Shown here piece after piece: positions 9,275 to 19,448 of a stretch of 64,000 nt of DNA (position 1 is the stretch's first letter; each line of letters begins with the position of its first letter). Location: assembly GCA_035603075.1 (NCBI GenBank), contig DATNLC010000032.1:27462-91461 (forward strand), given 5' to 3'. The notes below the pieces were generated by a model. The model saw only the letters and a list, made by a program, of their open reading frames with translations. It was not told the origin of the DNA and ran no database searches. This DNA is from Candidatus Acidiferrales bacterium (GTDB taxonomy: Bacteria > Acidobacteriota > Terriglobia > Acidiferrales > UBA7541). The position numbers were made by a program, and so were the translations under genes.

Positions 9275-9877
9275 ATGAAAAGATCACGCACAAGTATCGG
9301 AGAGCAAGGGGTAGCGCTGGTAATTGCAGAACTCCTTGTTCGTGATTTCAAACCGTATCGCCCAGTCGTGGATGATCACGGTGTTGATATAATGCTGCCG
9401 GACGGCTTGCGCATTCAGGTAAAAGCCGCCAATCTATCTCGCTCTTGGGCCATGAATCGTAAGACGGGAAAGAGTGGTCCTACAGGAAAACTGGCATACC
9501 AGTTTTCTCTTCAACGCACTGTATTTGGCACCAAAGAGAAACTGCAAACAGTCGGTATCACGTATGAATACCGTGATGTCTATCGGGAGTCCGATTTTTT
9601 AATTTTAGTCGGATTCGACGAACGCAGGTTCTGGATTATTCCGACTAGTCTTGTAGACGGCTGTAAGCATGTATCTCTTGTTCAGGGTTTGTCTTATGCC
9701 AAAAAGAGTTTGAGAACGAAATTCTGGTACAGCGTAAGAGAAGGCGAAGGCCGCTGGGATTTATTGCGTGATTGGGATTTCAAACGCAAAACCGATTTGC
9801 CGCAGGTGGATATTGCGGCACTGAATTTGGATGAACCTCGCGATGAGATCGCGTCGTTCGCAGGTTGGATGAACTAG
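9275..9877 (+). CDS. PD-(D/E)XK-type nuclease (candidate free-standing homing endonuclease)
   Basis: 200 aa. Has an N-terminal GE...AELL helix, then VVDDHGVDIML and IQVKAA, giving a D...(Q)xK core. The gene is AT-richer than its flanks: two hand-counted 60-nt lines give 42 and 45% GC, versus 58% in a capsid-gene line. Confidence 0.55.
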   Translation: MKRSRTSIGEQGVALVIAELLVRDFKPYRPVVDDHGVDIMLPDGLRIQVKAANLSRSWAMNRKTGKSGPTGKLAYQFSLQRTVFGTKEKLQTVGITYEYRDVYRESDFLILVGFDERRFWIIPTSLVDGCKHVSLVQGLSYAKKSLRTKFWYSVREGEGRWDLLRDWDFKRKTDLPQVDIAALNLDEPRDEIASFAGWMN

Positions 9878-9889
9878 GAGAGGATCGCT

Positions 9890-10534
9890 ATGGCTTACAA
9901 TGATTTTCCTGTAATCACGTCGAATGCGAAAATCGGATTGGGAATTTACGGGACTGTTGATCCGTGGGTTGCCAACTCCAATAGTCCATTCCCTAACGGG
10001 GCGCAGAACCCCCCCGGAGCTATTTTTATCCTCCCTCCTCCCAATGAAAACACCATAAACCTTTCTGGTGGAGGTTATGGTGAATATACGATGGTGAGAT
10101 ATGTAAAATATCTGTCCACCGCCAACCCCGCTGTCGTCGCTGGCCCCGCGCCCGTCTACTACACCGACAACACGTTCACGACAGTATCCGGTGTATCGAC
10201 CGAATCCGTGGGTGGCGTGAACTTCGCCGCCGGGTGGATGGCACCGAACTCCGGCACCTCCACCACTTACGGTCTCGGCACCACACTGTTCACCAACACC
10301 ATTCTCAACAACGGCGGCAACGGCAGCTACGTGTTCATCATCTTGCAGGGGTTTGTGCCGGGTGCAGTATCGGCCACCTCTGTGGTTGCAGGCGATTATC
10401 TGATCGGCGCTGCCACTAACTTCACCACGGCGCGCTCCGCAGCAGGCACTGCCCCTCCTAACACGCCCATGGGAGTTGCGATAACTGCTGTGTCGGGTGG
10501 ATTCAGCGACGTGAAAGCAGTGTTGATACCGTAA
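9890..10534 (+). CDS. hypothetical virion protein (possible head decoration)
   Basis: 214 aa, Gly/Thr/Ala-rich and beta-like. SD is GGAGAGGA. Lies in the head module before the terminator. Confidence 0.4.
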   Translation: MAYNDFPVITSNAKIGLGIYGTVDPWVANSNSPFPNGAQNPPGAIFILPPPNENTINLSGGGYGEYTMVRYVKYLSTANPAVVAGPAPVYYTDNTFTTVSGVSTESVGGVNFAAGWMAPNSGTSTTYGLGTTLFTNTILNNGGNGSYVFIILQGFVPGAVSATSVVAGDYLIGAATNFTTARSAAGTAPPNTPMGVAITAVSGGFSDVKAVLIP

Positions 10535-10577
10535 TCGATAATGGTTGCAGTATGGGAGTTGAGAGAGGATTTGAGCT

Positions 10578-10958
10578 ATGGCATTGACAGTCGTCGGCAT
10601 ACAGGAATCGCATGTGCTGCTCGGTCTCGGGCTGATGCAACGGTCGTATCTCGCCGTCCCCGGCACCAGCGATTACGTGACAGGCGGATACGCGATTACG
10701 ACCACGCTGACCGGGTTTCTGAAATTGCAGACCGCGTGGATATCGGGATCGAACTCGACGGCATCTCCGGCGAGTGGCGGCTGGTACGCGGAGTGTGTGT
10801 TTCCCATCGCACAGTTCGGGGCGGTGGCAACCGGAGCCGGGTTCGACGGGTACGCACAGTTTTTGCTTAAGGTGTATGTTGCGAGCACAGGCGTTGAACT
10901 CGCGAGCGGCGGGAACCTAACCGGGGCAATCTGGGCTTTCACCTGTCAGGGTTTTTAG
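10578..10958 (+). CDS. hypothetical virion protein
   Basis: 126 aa with an SD (GAGAGAGGA). It is the last gene before the hairpin terminator. Confidence 0.45.
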   Translation: MALTVVGIQESHVLLGLGLMQRSYLAVPGTSDYVTGGYAITTTLTGFLKLQTAWISGSNSTASPASGGWYAECVFPIAQFGAVATGAGFDGYAQFLLKVYVASTGVELASGGNLTGAIWAFTCQGF

Positions 10959-11008
10959 GCCGCAACAAGTTTCTGTACCGGGGATGTTCGTCCACCCGCT
11001 GCCACAAG

Positions 11009-11045
11009 AGAGCCGACTTCCTCCCAGAGTCGGCTCTTAGTTTTA
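11009..11045 (+). terminator. rho-independent terminator after the head module
   Basis: 10-bp perfect stem, AGAGCCGACT (11009-11018) with AGTCGGCTCT (11028-11037), and a 9-nt loop. It is followed by TAGTTTTA. Confidence 0.6.
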
Positions 11046-11077
11046 GGATGGGAGTGAGAGAGTAAGAGAGGGCCAAC

Positions 11078-12106
11078 GTGCCGATCACGCCGCCGCCGCA
11101 AATCCCCGGACTCGTGAACGCCAACGGCACCGCTCCGTTTACACAGCAGTATAACTTCGGTCAGGCGATCGGAAACGTGGCCAGTTTTTGTCCATGGGTG
11201 AGCATCCCGCAAATCCAGAATTTTCTGAACGACGCGCTGAGAGAGTGGACGGATTCGCGCTCATGGTATGGGAACCTGCAAAAAGGCCAGATCGTCACCT
11301 CCGGTGTCTACAACACTGGATCGGTCACACTCACGTACGGGTCGGCATCCGTGCAAGGTATTGGCACCGCATGGACTCAGACCCTCAACGGTCTCCCGAT
11401 CACCCAGCAGTCGTTCCGGGCCGGGTACTACTCTCCGATCTACAACATCATCGCGCTCGATCCATTAGCGCAGGTGTTGACGCTGGAGTTGCCGTGGGGG
11501 AATCCGACGATTACCTCGACCGGATATTTTCTGTCTTCCTATTATTTCAGCTTCCCCAACATCAAGTCCTTCTACAGTATCAAGAACCTCCAACTCTACT
11601 ACCGTTTGGCCACGGGTTATCCTCAAGCCCTCATCGAGAACATCGACCCATCGCGGCTCATCACGATGTTCCCGCGACTGGCTGCCACGATGCCGCCCGA
11701 TCCAAGCGGCAACTTCCAGATAGAGTTGTGGCCTGCGTCGAACATCCAGACCGCGTACCCGTTTCTGGCGTTCACGCAATCGACTCCGTTGGTGAACGAT
11801 CTCGATAATTTCCCCGCATTTACAAGGGTAGACGCATTGATCTCTTACGCTACATCCCAAGCCATGATGTGGAGGCCGAAGGATAATCCTAATTATTCCG
11901 AAGCCACGGCATTGGCGTTGTCCGAACGCAAGATGAAAGAGTACCAGCAACGGTTATCGTCCGCCGCCGCTGCGGACGAGGCTCTGTGGCGCGCGGATAT
12001 CGTGCTGGCGAGCGAGATGCAGTGGCCAGTGATCGACATATATTCTGGGGTGTTCGCTTGGGGCGGTGATACTCTCGCGGCGATGACCGCGCAGGGGAGC
12101 TGGTAA
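11078..12106 (+). CDS. virion structural protein, paralogue family member 1 (adaptor/tail candidate)
   Basis: 342 aa with a GTG start. The C-terminal pattern (ISYATSQAMMWRPKDNPNYSEATALAL) resembles those of the 20981 and 22372 products. Confidence 0.45.
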   Translation: MPITPPPQIPGLVNANGTAPFTQQYNFGQAIGNVASFCPWVSIPQIQNFLNDALREWTDSRSWYGNLQKGQIVTSGVYNTGSVTLTYGSASVQGIGTAWTQTLNGLPITQQSFRAGYYSPIYNIIALDPLAQVLTLELPWGNPTITSTGYFLSSYYFSFPNIKSFYSIKNLQLYYRLATGYPQALIENIDPSRLITMFPRLAATMPPDPSGNFQIELWPASNIQTAYPFLAFTQSTPLVNDLDNFPAFTRVDALISYATSQAMMWRPKDNPNYSEATALALSERKMKEYQQRLSSAAAADEALWRADIVLASEMQWPVIDIYSGVFAWGGDTLAAMTAQGSW

Positions 12107-12131
12107 TAGACAATACGGGTACAATAACTCA

Positions 12132-12611
12132 ATGGCACTTTACGCTCAAATCTGTTCGGCTTGCGGTCACGAGTTCGAGATCATCCGCACCCGGTATGAA
12201 GACCCGCGCCCATGTCCCGAGTGCCACTCCCTCGATACCGACCAAGTAATCACCGCAGCGGTGTTCAAGTTCGTAGCCCGCGATTATGGCATCAAACGTG
12301 GGGCCGCGCACAACCCGTACCAGAACTTGACACTGCAACACATCCGGGGCGAAGACGGAAAGCCAATCACTGTGAACTCCGAGGCCGAGTTACATGCAGC
12401 CGAGAAGAAATACAATTTCATCCACGCGGCGTCTTATGGCGCAGAGAAGGAAGCGCCTCAACACGCTAGTTGGGCTGGCGATATCACCCACGGCAAACCT
12501 CGGATATGGAATCACGATCCGGCGGCGTATGTGAATCCGGGGGGAGTGAGTACCGGACTGGCGGCGGACCCACACAAAGACACAATCGTGGATCTGCCGA
12601 ATGCGACATAG
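12132..12611 (+). CDS. FmdB-type zinc-ribbon protein
   Basis: The N-terminus MALYAQICSACGHEFEIIRTRYEDPRPCPEC matches the CxxC...CPxC FmdB-family ribbon pattern. 159 aa. Confidence 0.55.
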   Translation: MALYAQICSACGHEFEIIRTRYEDPRPCPECHSLDTDQVITAAVFKFVARDYGIKRGAAHNPYQNLTLQHIRGEDGKPITVNSEAELHAAEKKYNFIHAASYGAEKEAPQHASWAGDITHGKPRIWNHDPAAYVNPGGVSTGLAADPHKDTIVDLPNAT

Positions 12612-12629
12612 ATCGAGACAGGAGATGGA

Positions 12630-12998
12630 GTGATGGCTGTTAAACCCAAGTTCGATAACTTTGACGCTCACACGGTTCCGCAGCGCAACATGCCAGCGAG
12701 TGTAGGCGCGCACATCCCCCCTGTCCGCACCGCTGCTACCTCTCTCGATACTTGGACGGACCCGAAGAGTGTGCGTACTCGCCAGGAGTACGACTGGCGT
12801 AACGGTGGAATGAAAACCGTCACTCCCTCCATCATCGACCACGCGCGCGCATCGGTGAATCGCGGCCAGTTCAAATCCGTGACCGCCGAGCGCACGCATC
12901 CGAGTCCTGTAAATGACTACTGTTTCGGCGGAGCAATCGCCTCGTCGCCTGCGGTACCGAAGTCGAAATCCAAGTCCTTGAAGAAGAAAGGTCGGTAG
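12630..12998 (+). CDS. hypothetical protein with a basic C-terminal tail
   Basis: 122 aa. GTG 12630 or ATG 12633 follows AGGAG. The C-terminus is KSKSKSLKKKGR. Confidence 0.45.
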   Translation: MMAVKPKFDNFDAHTVPQRNMPASVGAHIPPVRTAATSLDTWTDPKSVRTRQEYDWRNGGMKTVTPSIIDHARASVNRGQFKSVTAERTHPSPVNDYCFGGAIASSPAVPKSKSKSLKKKGR

Positions 12999-13004
12999 CC
13001 GCTC

Positions 13005-13613
13005 ATGTACCGCCAAATCCCATCCACGTTCACGATCAACACCTCGAACACTCCGCAGCCTCTATTCGGCTCGTGGGTGACGGCGGGTGCCGGATTCACC
13101 CAGCCTGCGGGTGCGCCGCTCACTCTCACTCTGGGGACCGCGCTCGCTTCAGGTAACGACGCTTCGATGTTCCAACCCGGCGAACCCGCATGGTTGATCG
13201 ACCCGAATGGCGCACATGCCGAGACAGTTCGTATCCAGTCCATCTCCGCCAACACCGTCACCCTCGGGAATCAAACCGACTCGTCCTACCAAGGCGTCAA
13301 CCCCGTTACCCGGTTTGCTCACGCCGTCGGGGCGCTTGGAACGGGCACCTTCATCATGCCCAAGATCGAGTGCAACAACTTTCTGGTCGATCTCGAAGAT
13401 GGCGGCGCGGGCGCATTCCTCTATATAGGCTGCCAGTACAACATGACGGCGACCGCGTATCGAATATATAAATTAGCCAAGACCACAGCGGGGAATCAGC
13501 CGTTCTATTATTCGTCGGCGATGTATTCGCCTGGCAACCCCGTCTCAATCTACCAGCTATTCGTGATGGGGACCAATCCGGACGCTTACTGTCTCTCTTT
13601 GGAGATCGCGTGA
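13005..13613 (+). CDS. hypothetical virion protein
   Basis: 202 aa. Its stop overlaps the next start (TGATG at 13611-13615). Confidence 0.45.
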   Translation: MYRQIPSTFTINTSNTPQPLFGSWVTAGAGFTQPAGAPLTLTLGTALASGNDASMFQPGEPAWLIDPNGAHAETVRIQSISANTVTLGNQTDSSYQGVNPVTRFAHAVGALGTGTFIMPKIECNNFLVDLEDGGAGAFLYIGCQYNMTATAYRIYKLAKTTAGNQPFYYSSAMYSPGNPVSIYQLFVMGTNPDAYCLSLEIA

Positions 13614-14554
13614 TGCGCGCACGTCTGCTGGTTGTTGCACTGATCCTCGCATCCACTCTCTCCCTCGCCCAGCAGTCCGGCGGCGGTGGCGGTCAATCGG
13701 GTGGGGGTTCGGGTACTCTCACCGGGCTCAACGTCGAGAACAACGGGACTACCCAAGGTACCGTCGTCTCGGGCACACCCGTACTTAATTTCATCTCGGG
13801 GTGCTCGTCGGCTGTACTCAGTGGATCGACATTCGGGATCACATGCACAGGTGGCGACACTATTACCTCGCCCAACTCCACGCTGACCGTAGGCGGAACA
13901 AGTTCGGCGACCACGCTTGATCTCAATCTGGGTAACGCGAACACTTGGGCCGGCACGCAGACATTCGGAACCATCATCCCCACCACAATCGGAGGTTCTC
14001 CTAATTTCAGCCAAACTACCGGGACGGCTCCTTTTAGCGTGGCAAGTACAACGGTCGTTACAAATCTCAATGCTGGGTCACTAAACGGCAAGACCTTTGT
14101 CAACCCCGGACCTATTGGAAGCACAACGGCTGCGGCAGGCGCATTCACCACAATGACCGCAACCCAACTACTCTCTACGGGGATCGTGGACGGTCAAGCT
14201 CCTGTAACCATCACCACAGGCACCACGGCCACGCTCGGAGGAACATACAATTCCGGCTATACGATCAACCACGAAGCCACTGCGGCCACTGGAGTGACTT
14301 ATACCCTGCCTACAGCGGCAGCGGGTAAGCAGTATTGCATCAAGAATGGCTACAACGGTACGGCCGGCGATACTGGAGCATTGACGCTGGTAACAAGTGC
14401 GGCTGGGCAGTTCATTGTGTACAACGGCGCAATCTCGGCGACTCACGGACAGATCGCCTCGGGCGGGGCATTGGGAGACGCTGCGTGTGTAGTGGGGATT
14501 GATGCGACCCACTGGGAAGCGTACGTTCAGCAGGGGACGTGGACGCTCACTTAG
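13613..14554 (+). CDS. tail-fibre-like protein with an N-terminal signal-peptide-like segment
   Basis: Starts MRARLLVVALILASTLSLAQQ, then a Gly-rich linker. Fibre-type motifs follow (STLTVGGTSSATTLDLNLGNANTWAGTQTF, VVTNLNAGSLNGKT). An alternative GTG start lies at 13610. Confidence 0.6.
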   Translation: MRARLLVVALILASTLSLAQQSGGGGGQSGGGSGTLTGLNVENNGTTQGTVVSGTPVLNFISGCSSAVLSGSTFGITCTGGDTITSPNSTLTVGGTSSATTLDLNLGNANTWAGTQTFGTIIPTTIGGSPNFSQTTGTAPFSVASTTVVTNLNAGSLNGKTFVNPGPIGSTTAAAGAFTTMTATQLLSTGIVDGQAPVTITTGTTATLGGTYNSGYTINHEATAATGVTYTLPTAAAGKQYCIKNGYNGTAGDTGALTLVTSAAGQFIVYNGAISATHGQIASGGALGDAACVVGIDATHWEAYVQQGTWTLT

Positions 14555-14556
14555 GT

Positions 14557-15360
14557 ATGAGAAGAATCCTCCAATTGGCTTTGATGGTTCTGCTGGCCTT
14601 GTCCGCATCGGCGCAGATCATCATGATCCAGCAGGTAGCGAATTCCATGCCGCCACAAACTCCGAGCGGGCCGACGTATCAGTACATCGCAGCGGAGAGC
14701 GGATATTGTTCCAACACAGGCGGGAACACGAATTGCACGGGCAACACTACCTCTATCAGCACGTTGGTCAATACAGTAAACGGCGATCTTGTAGTCGTGA
14801 ATTGTCAGCGGCTTAATACTATCGGCGTCCAAGGGGTAGCAGTTAGTGACGTGAACGGGGAGACTTGGGTGGATGAGGCCGATTTATCTCCCAACAATGG
14901 AGCTACAGGTATGTCCTCCTTATTCGTTGCCTTAATCGCGAATGGCGGCTCGGGAGATGAGGTTTCCTGCACCAAGAATACAGGTGGAACCGTCGCATCG
15001 CTGTCCATGACGATTGATGCTTTCCGTTCCTCAAGCGGATGGACCAATCAAGGCGATGGGACGCCAACCGATCAGGGTACATTGAATTATGTTCTTGCCA
15101 GTCCCGCTGGTCCCTGTACGGTGACCGCATCGGGAGCGACTTCGCAGGCGAATGAACTGGTTTACGGTTCTTGCTTTGCGGCTACCGGAACAGTAAGTTC
15201 GGCCAGCGGTTATACGACAGCGCAAAACAATACTTTCACTTCGGTCGGTCAGGTTTACACTGCCTACAAGCCGATCACCGCAATACAAACGCCAACCTTC
15301 ACCACTAACGGAACGCTCACCGATCCGCAGAGTTTAATCCTCACATTCGCACCAAACTAA
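14557..15360 (+). CDS. exported-looking hypothetical protein (fibre/spike accessory)
   Basis: ATG 14557 lies just after the previous stop. The N-terminus is MRRILQLALMVLLALSASAQ. The body is Ser/Thr/Gly/Asn-rich. Confidence 0.5.
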   Translation: MRRILQLALMVLLALSASAQIIMIQQVANSMPPQTPSGPTYQYIAAESGYCSNTGGNTNCTGNTTSISTLVNTVNGDLVVVNCQRLNTIGVQGVAVSDVNGETWVDEADLSPNNGATGMSSLFVALIANGGSGDEVSCTKNTGGTVASLSMTIDAFRSSSGWTNQGDGTPTDQGTLNYVLASPAGPCTVTASGATSQANELVYGSCFAATGTVSSASGYTTAQNNTFTSVGQVYTAYKPITAIQTPTFTTNGTLTDPQSLILTFAPN

Positions 15361-15372
15361 AGGAGACTTAAA

Positions 15373-15531
15373 ATGCCAACGTCAGCACCCGGAACCTTCG
15401 ATTACAAATTCAACGTAAGTGGCCGCGTAGGAACCACAGCCGGAAGCACTCTGCCGACGCCGGAACAGGTCATGGCCGTGCTGCAAGCTGCCTGCGACGC
15501 TGGCGGCGACGGTTGGACGGTAACGAAGTAG
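15373..15531 (+). CDS. small hypothetical protein (52 aa)
   Basis: AAGGAG at 15360-15365 lies 7 nt before ATG 15373; TAG 15529-15531. Below the ORF-track length cut-off. Confidence 0.4.
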   Translation: MPTSAPGTFDYKFNVSGRVGTTAGSTLPTPEQVMAVLQAACDAGGDGWTVTK

Positions 15532-15615
15532 CGCGTAGGCTCTGGCGAAAGGCCGTGGACTGGATCGTTGAAGTCGCGGCCATTTCAGCCTACCTATTAC
15601 AAAGCAAGGAAATAA

Positions 15616-18600
15616 ATGCGGAAATGGCTCGTCATCGCCGTCTTGTTGTGCGCTCGATTGTGGGCGCAATCCGCTCCCGCGCAAGTGTCCTATGCCGCAA
15701 CTAATTTGCCCAACTTTTTTGTAGATGCCAACAACTTCGCCATCGGCATCTACTCCGGTCCCGTACTGTTCTCCCAACTCTCCTCGCTCACAGCATCCAA
15801 TCTCGTTTACGTTCAAGACGGACTCCTCGGCTCCAATCCCTGTACAGGTGGCGGGACCGGAGCGTTCGCTCAATTTATCGCTGGGTCGTGGAATTGCTCA
15901 ACGGCGTCGTCGGCGCAAGCGCTTCCATTCGTGGTTATCCCATCCGGTCTGTCTGCCGCTATTCCATCCGCCATCTCCGCATGTCCTCAAACCTCCGGGT
16001 CTGCGGGATGTGATATTTGGCTATCCGCCGGAGCGTATCCAGTTAGCGCGGCACTCACCACAAGCACCCTTAAAGGCGTTCATCTTCACGGCATTGGTTC
16101 CACAGGCACGGGTGGTTGCGCTACGGTTGTTCAAACTAGTGGGCCTATTTATGGCCTCACTGTTGGCAATGGTACATCGCCTAACTCTTCCGGTTTCCAG
16201 ATCGACAACATCTGCTTTCAAGACACAACTGGGAATGGTCTCGGCGCTATGGACTTCCGCGCTACCCGCGATGCCGTAGTGACTGGTGTGGCTGCGTTCG
16301 GATACCAGGTTGGGACGTACGCCGAGCTGGATGGCGGTTCCAATTTCACGCAATTCATTCATTTCTACAATCCCTACTCGTGGCAGACCAAGTTCGGTAT
16401 TCAGACCAACAATAAAGTGGCCAGCATCTACGTCTGGGGCGGGGAGTTTAACTGCCAGAACTCCGGGCTGACCGACGTGATCGCCAATTCTGTCGCTCTT
16501 GACCTCGGGTACACACACCAAGTAGCGTCTACAGGGAGCACGTCCGAGTCGTCATTCGAGGTTCAGTCCCAGAACTGCCAGATCGGTATCGGTACCTTTA
16601 ACTCCGGCGGGAATAAGTTCCTCAACAAAGCGATCGAGAACACTCTCGTTCCGCGCGGATCGGGAACATACGGCGTTTATCTCAGCGGCGATACGCCGTC
16701 CCTTGCCAACGGCAACTACCTTGATGGGCTGCAAATTACAGGCGCTGGCACGGGCATATATATCGGTCCCAACGTCACCAACACGACGACGCACGAACTT
16801 ATCGTCAATGGCACAACTGGCATCGACTACTTTGGAGACACCGGAGCCGAGACGACTGTCCGGCGCACGGTCAACAAGCGCCTGACCGGGTGGCAGACCA
16901 ATCTCGCTACGATATCCCGCTCCTCTAATGTTGTTACCGCAACCACTACCGCCAACGGAACCAACGGGTTGCTTTGTATCGCCCAAGGCGCAAAAGTAAA
17001 AGTATTCCAAGTGACAGGCGGTACGACCGATTTCAACGGATCGTTCCCGACGACGGGAGTGACGTGTAACAACTCGGCAGGCACGACGACATTTACATGG
17101 GCACAGACTGGGGCCAACGAATCGGGCACAATTAACACTTCTGGCTGCAACGGCAACGGCTCCTGTGTTGCGGGGTTGTCTACGCTCGCAACATCGGGGG
17201 CGGGCGTAATCGAAGTCACAGGCGATAACGTTACCCAGAATATCGTCCTGCAAACACCGTCTTTACCTAATCAGGAAAACTTCGTTCAGTCGTCGCTCGC
17301 TGGCACCGCCAATCTGTTCTTTGACGGTGTGCGCACTACGATCAACGAAAACAACTCCGGTCTCGTCCACCTCGTCGATGGCGGGACGGTAATCTATAAC
17401 GGCACAGGTGTCTACACTCCCCAGCCCACCGTGGTTACCGGCGGCAACGGCGTCGTCAACACCTCCGGCACCACAGTCACGTGGTCAAGCGGGAACTTCT
17501 TTGGCCTTGGCTGGGCTGGCCAGATCACGATCAACAATGTGGTGTATACGATATCCAGTGTCACTAACCAGATCACTCTGGTACTGACTGCGACTGCTGG
17601 TACGCAATCCAGCGTGAACTACAACGCCTCGGGTATCCCCGGCGTGCCACCGTGTTCGTCGCCGCTGGGTGGTGTGTGCCAATCCTCCGACGATAAACAG
17701 GTGATTGTATTTACTAACACAAACGGAGCCACTCTCTGCCTGCCCCCGATCAGCGCTGGCTACCCGGTGCGTTATAAGTTCGGCGTGGAGTTCGAGCCGG
17801 GTTCGCTAGTGCCACAGTACGTTTCAATCACCCCACCGGGATCGACATCGTTCTATTCCCAGTCTTGTCTGGGTACCGCGGCGTTGTTTCGGGGATTGTC
17901 CACCGCTCACAACATGACGGGCAATAAGGGAATGTGGATTCAGAACAACGGCGCGAACTGGGAAGCGGTGTCGGGCGATCCAGATGTCACACTCGACCAA
18001 ATCGGGAACTCCCTGTTCAACACATCCACCAATCTCAACCCTCTCACCAGTGGGTCGTTTGCCGGCTCCGGCTCCGGCGCTAACAATGGCCAAGACTGGC
18101 TCGAACAGGGTGGATCGTCGAATTCCACTGGTGGACGAGGCGCAGACCGAAAGAATATCTCCGGTCCCGATTCCGCCTCGGGCACAAATGGCAGCGTCGG
18201 CCAAATCCAAACGTTCAACGCCGGGATCGGGCTGGCTACCAAAACCGGATTCATCGTTAGAACGTGCGCGGATGTCGTGGGTACGGACTGCTTGGCTGTC
18301 CCTGCGGGTAACTCGGGTGCGGTACGGTTGACGGTATCGGGTACCGACACTGCTGGAGTACTGGGTATTGTGTCTTCCGGAAGCGGCCAAGGCACTCCGG
18401 TGCAAGTGCAACTGGATGGCGTGTACGGCCACAACCTCACGGATGGTGCGGTCGTCGAATCCTCCTGTACCGCAGGCCAGTTCTATGGAATCGCAGGTGG
18501 AGGACTGGATAACGGCGCTGGTGTGTGCTCGTCAGTGGATAGTTGCGGGCGCGCCGGAATAGCACTTCTGGCCACCACCGGAACATGTAACTCTTCTACT

Positions 18601-18951
18601 CCGTGTCACGTGCCCATTCGCATTGCGCCAGCTAGTTGTGGCACATCTGGAAGCGGTACGACAACGACCATCGCCAGCGGCACGATAACTCTCGGTACCT
18701 CGGCAATCGCATCCGCGTCGTGCGCGTCAGTCGTGACGGTGACGGCAACCGGAGTTCTTAGCACCGATGACGTGATGGTGGACTTCAATTCCGATCCGAC
18801 ATCGACAACCGGGTACGCGCCATCTACATCGGGGACGTTGACGATTATCAAGTGGCCGTCGGCAAACGCGATCAACGTGAAAACCTGCAACTCTACCGTG
18901 AGCAGTATTACCCCCGGAGCCGTGGTTTTAAACTATCGCGTGGTGCGCTAG
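15616..18951 (+). CDS. tailspike-like protein with a right-handed beta-helix (pectin-lyase-fold-like) region and an N-terminal signal-like peptide
   Basis: 1111 aa. The N-terminus is MRKWLVIAVLLCARLWAQSAPAQ. Repetitive beta-helix-like rungs appear (GFQIDNICFQDTTGNGLGAMDFRATRDAVVTGV, VASIYVWGGEFNCQNSG). The remainder is Thr/Gly/Ser-rich. Confidence 0.6.
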   Translation: MRKWLVIAVLLCARLWAQSAPAQVSYAATNLPNFFVDANNFAIGIYSGPVLFSQLSSLTASNLVYVQDGLLGSNPCTGGGTGAFAQFIAGSWNCSTASSAQALPFVVIPSGLSAAIPSAISACPQTSGSAGCDIWLSAGAYPVSAALTTSTLKGVHLHGIGSTGTGGCATVVQTSGPIYGLTVGNGTSPNSSGFQIDNICFQDTTGNGLGAMDFRATRDAVVTGVAAFGYQVGTYAELDGGSNFTQFIHFYNPYSWQTKFGIQTNNKVASIYVWGGEFNCQNSGLTDVIANSVALDLGYTHQVASTGSTSESSFEVQSQNCQIGIGTFNSGGNKFLNKAIENTLVPRGSGTYGVYLSGDTPSLANGNYLDGLQITGAGTGIYIGPNVTNTTTHELIVNGTTGIDYFGDTGAETTVRRTVNKRLTGWQTNLATISRSSNVVTATTTANGTNGLLCIAQGAKVKVFQVTGGTTDFNGSFPTTGVTCNNSAGTTTFTWAQTGANESGTINTSGCNGNGSCVAGLSTLATSGAGVIEVTGDNVTQNIVLQTPSLPNQENFVQSSLAGTANLFFDGVRTTINENNSGLVHLVDGGTVIYNGTGVYTPQPTVVTGGNGVVNTSGTTVTWSSGNFFGLGWAGQITINNVVYTISSVTNQITLVLTATAGTQSSVNYNASGIPGVPPCSSPLGGVCQSSDDKQVIVFTNTNGATLCLPPISAGYPVRYKFGVEFEPGSLVPQYVSITPPGSTSFYSQSCLGTAALFRGLSTAHNMTGNKGMWIQNNGANWEAVSGDPDVTLDQIGNSLFNTSTNLNPLTSGSFAGSGSGANNGQDWLEQGGSSNSTGGRGADRKNISGPDSASGTNGSVGQIQTFNAGIGLATKTGFIVRTCADVVGTDCLAVPAGNSGAVRLTVSGTDTAGVLGIVSSGSGQGTPVQVQLDGVYGHNLTDGAVVESSCTAGQFYGIAGGGLDNGAGVCSSVDSCGRAGIALLATTGTCNSSTPCHVPIRIAPASCGTSGSGTTTTIASGTITLGTSAIASASCASVVTVTATGVLSTDDVMVDFNSDPTSTTGYAPSTSGTLTIIKWPSANAINVKTCNSTVSSITPGAVVLNYRVVR

Positions 18952-19448
18952 AGATGCGTCATATTGTTACGACTGTGATCCTGTGCAAAGCCCTTTGGCC
19001 AACACTTTTTCAGGGCTATATTCCTTATCTGTTTTCTATCCACCCCATATTTTCTTGCAAGGGGTCTTGCCCCGTGAACGGGATCACCACGGATATATTC
19101 TCCTCGTATGCGGTTAATGCCATCAGTGTTTACTTTAACATTGCATGCGTACTTGCCGCGTCTACGTGCATCGCGTTCGTTTTCCAGCCTAGTTCCTTGG
19201 CGCAGATGAAAGGGATTAAAGCACGCCGGTGTGTGACAGGAGTGAAGAGTTTCCGGATATGGCCAAAATCCATTAGTGGCAAGAAAAGACACGCGATGGG
19301 CCGTTGTGTCTCTTCCCTTAATACTGAGTTTCCCGTAACCATCCGCATTGACAGAGAAAGGCCACAATATACATTTGTCTGGAGAGCAACTAGTTATGGT
19401 TCTGAGAAGGAATTGGAGACAGGTTTCTGTGTTAGCCTTACGTGGCAT
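18948..19448 (-). CDS. HNH homing endonuclease
   Basis: Reads CILWPFSVNADGYGK...AHRVSF...LHSCHTPACFNPFHLRQGTRLENERD, followed by an HTH-like tail. AAGGAG lies 5 nt before ATG 19448 (the track ORF extends to 19532). The gene is antisense to the late operon. Confidence 0.8.
   Translation of the reverse strand: MPRKANTETCLQFLLRTITSCSPDKCILWPFSVNADGYGKLSIKGRDTTAHRVSFLATNGFWPYPETLHSCHTPACFNPFHLRQGTRLENERDARRRGKYACNVKVNTDGINRIRGEYIRGDPVHGARPLARKYGVDRKQIRNIALKKCWPKGFAQDHSRNNMTHL

Noticed and set aside
9263-9277. Possible stop-codon read-through fusing the capsid protein to the PD-(D/E)XK nuclease (same frame, single TAA)
   Set aside because: Being in frame has a one-in-three chance. No read-through context or slippery sequence is evident, and a capsid-nuclease fusion has no obvious rationale. 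It is kept only as a note in the nuclease finding.
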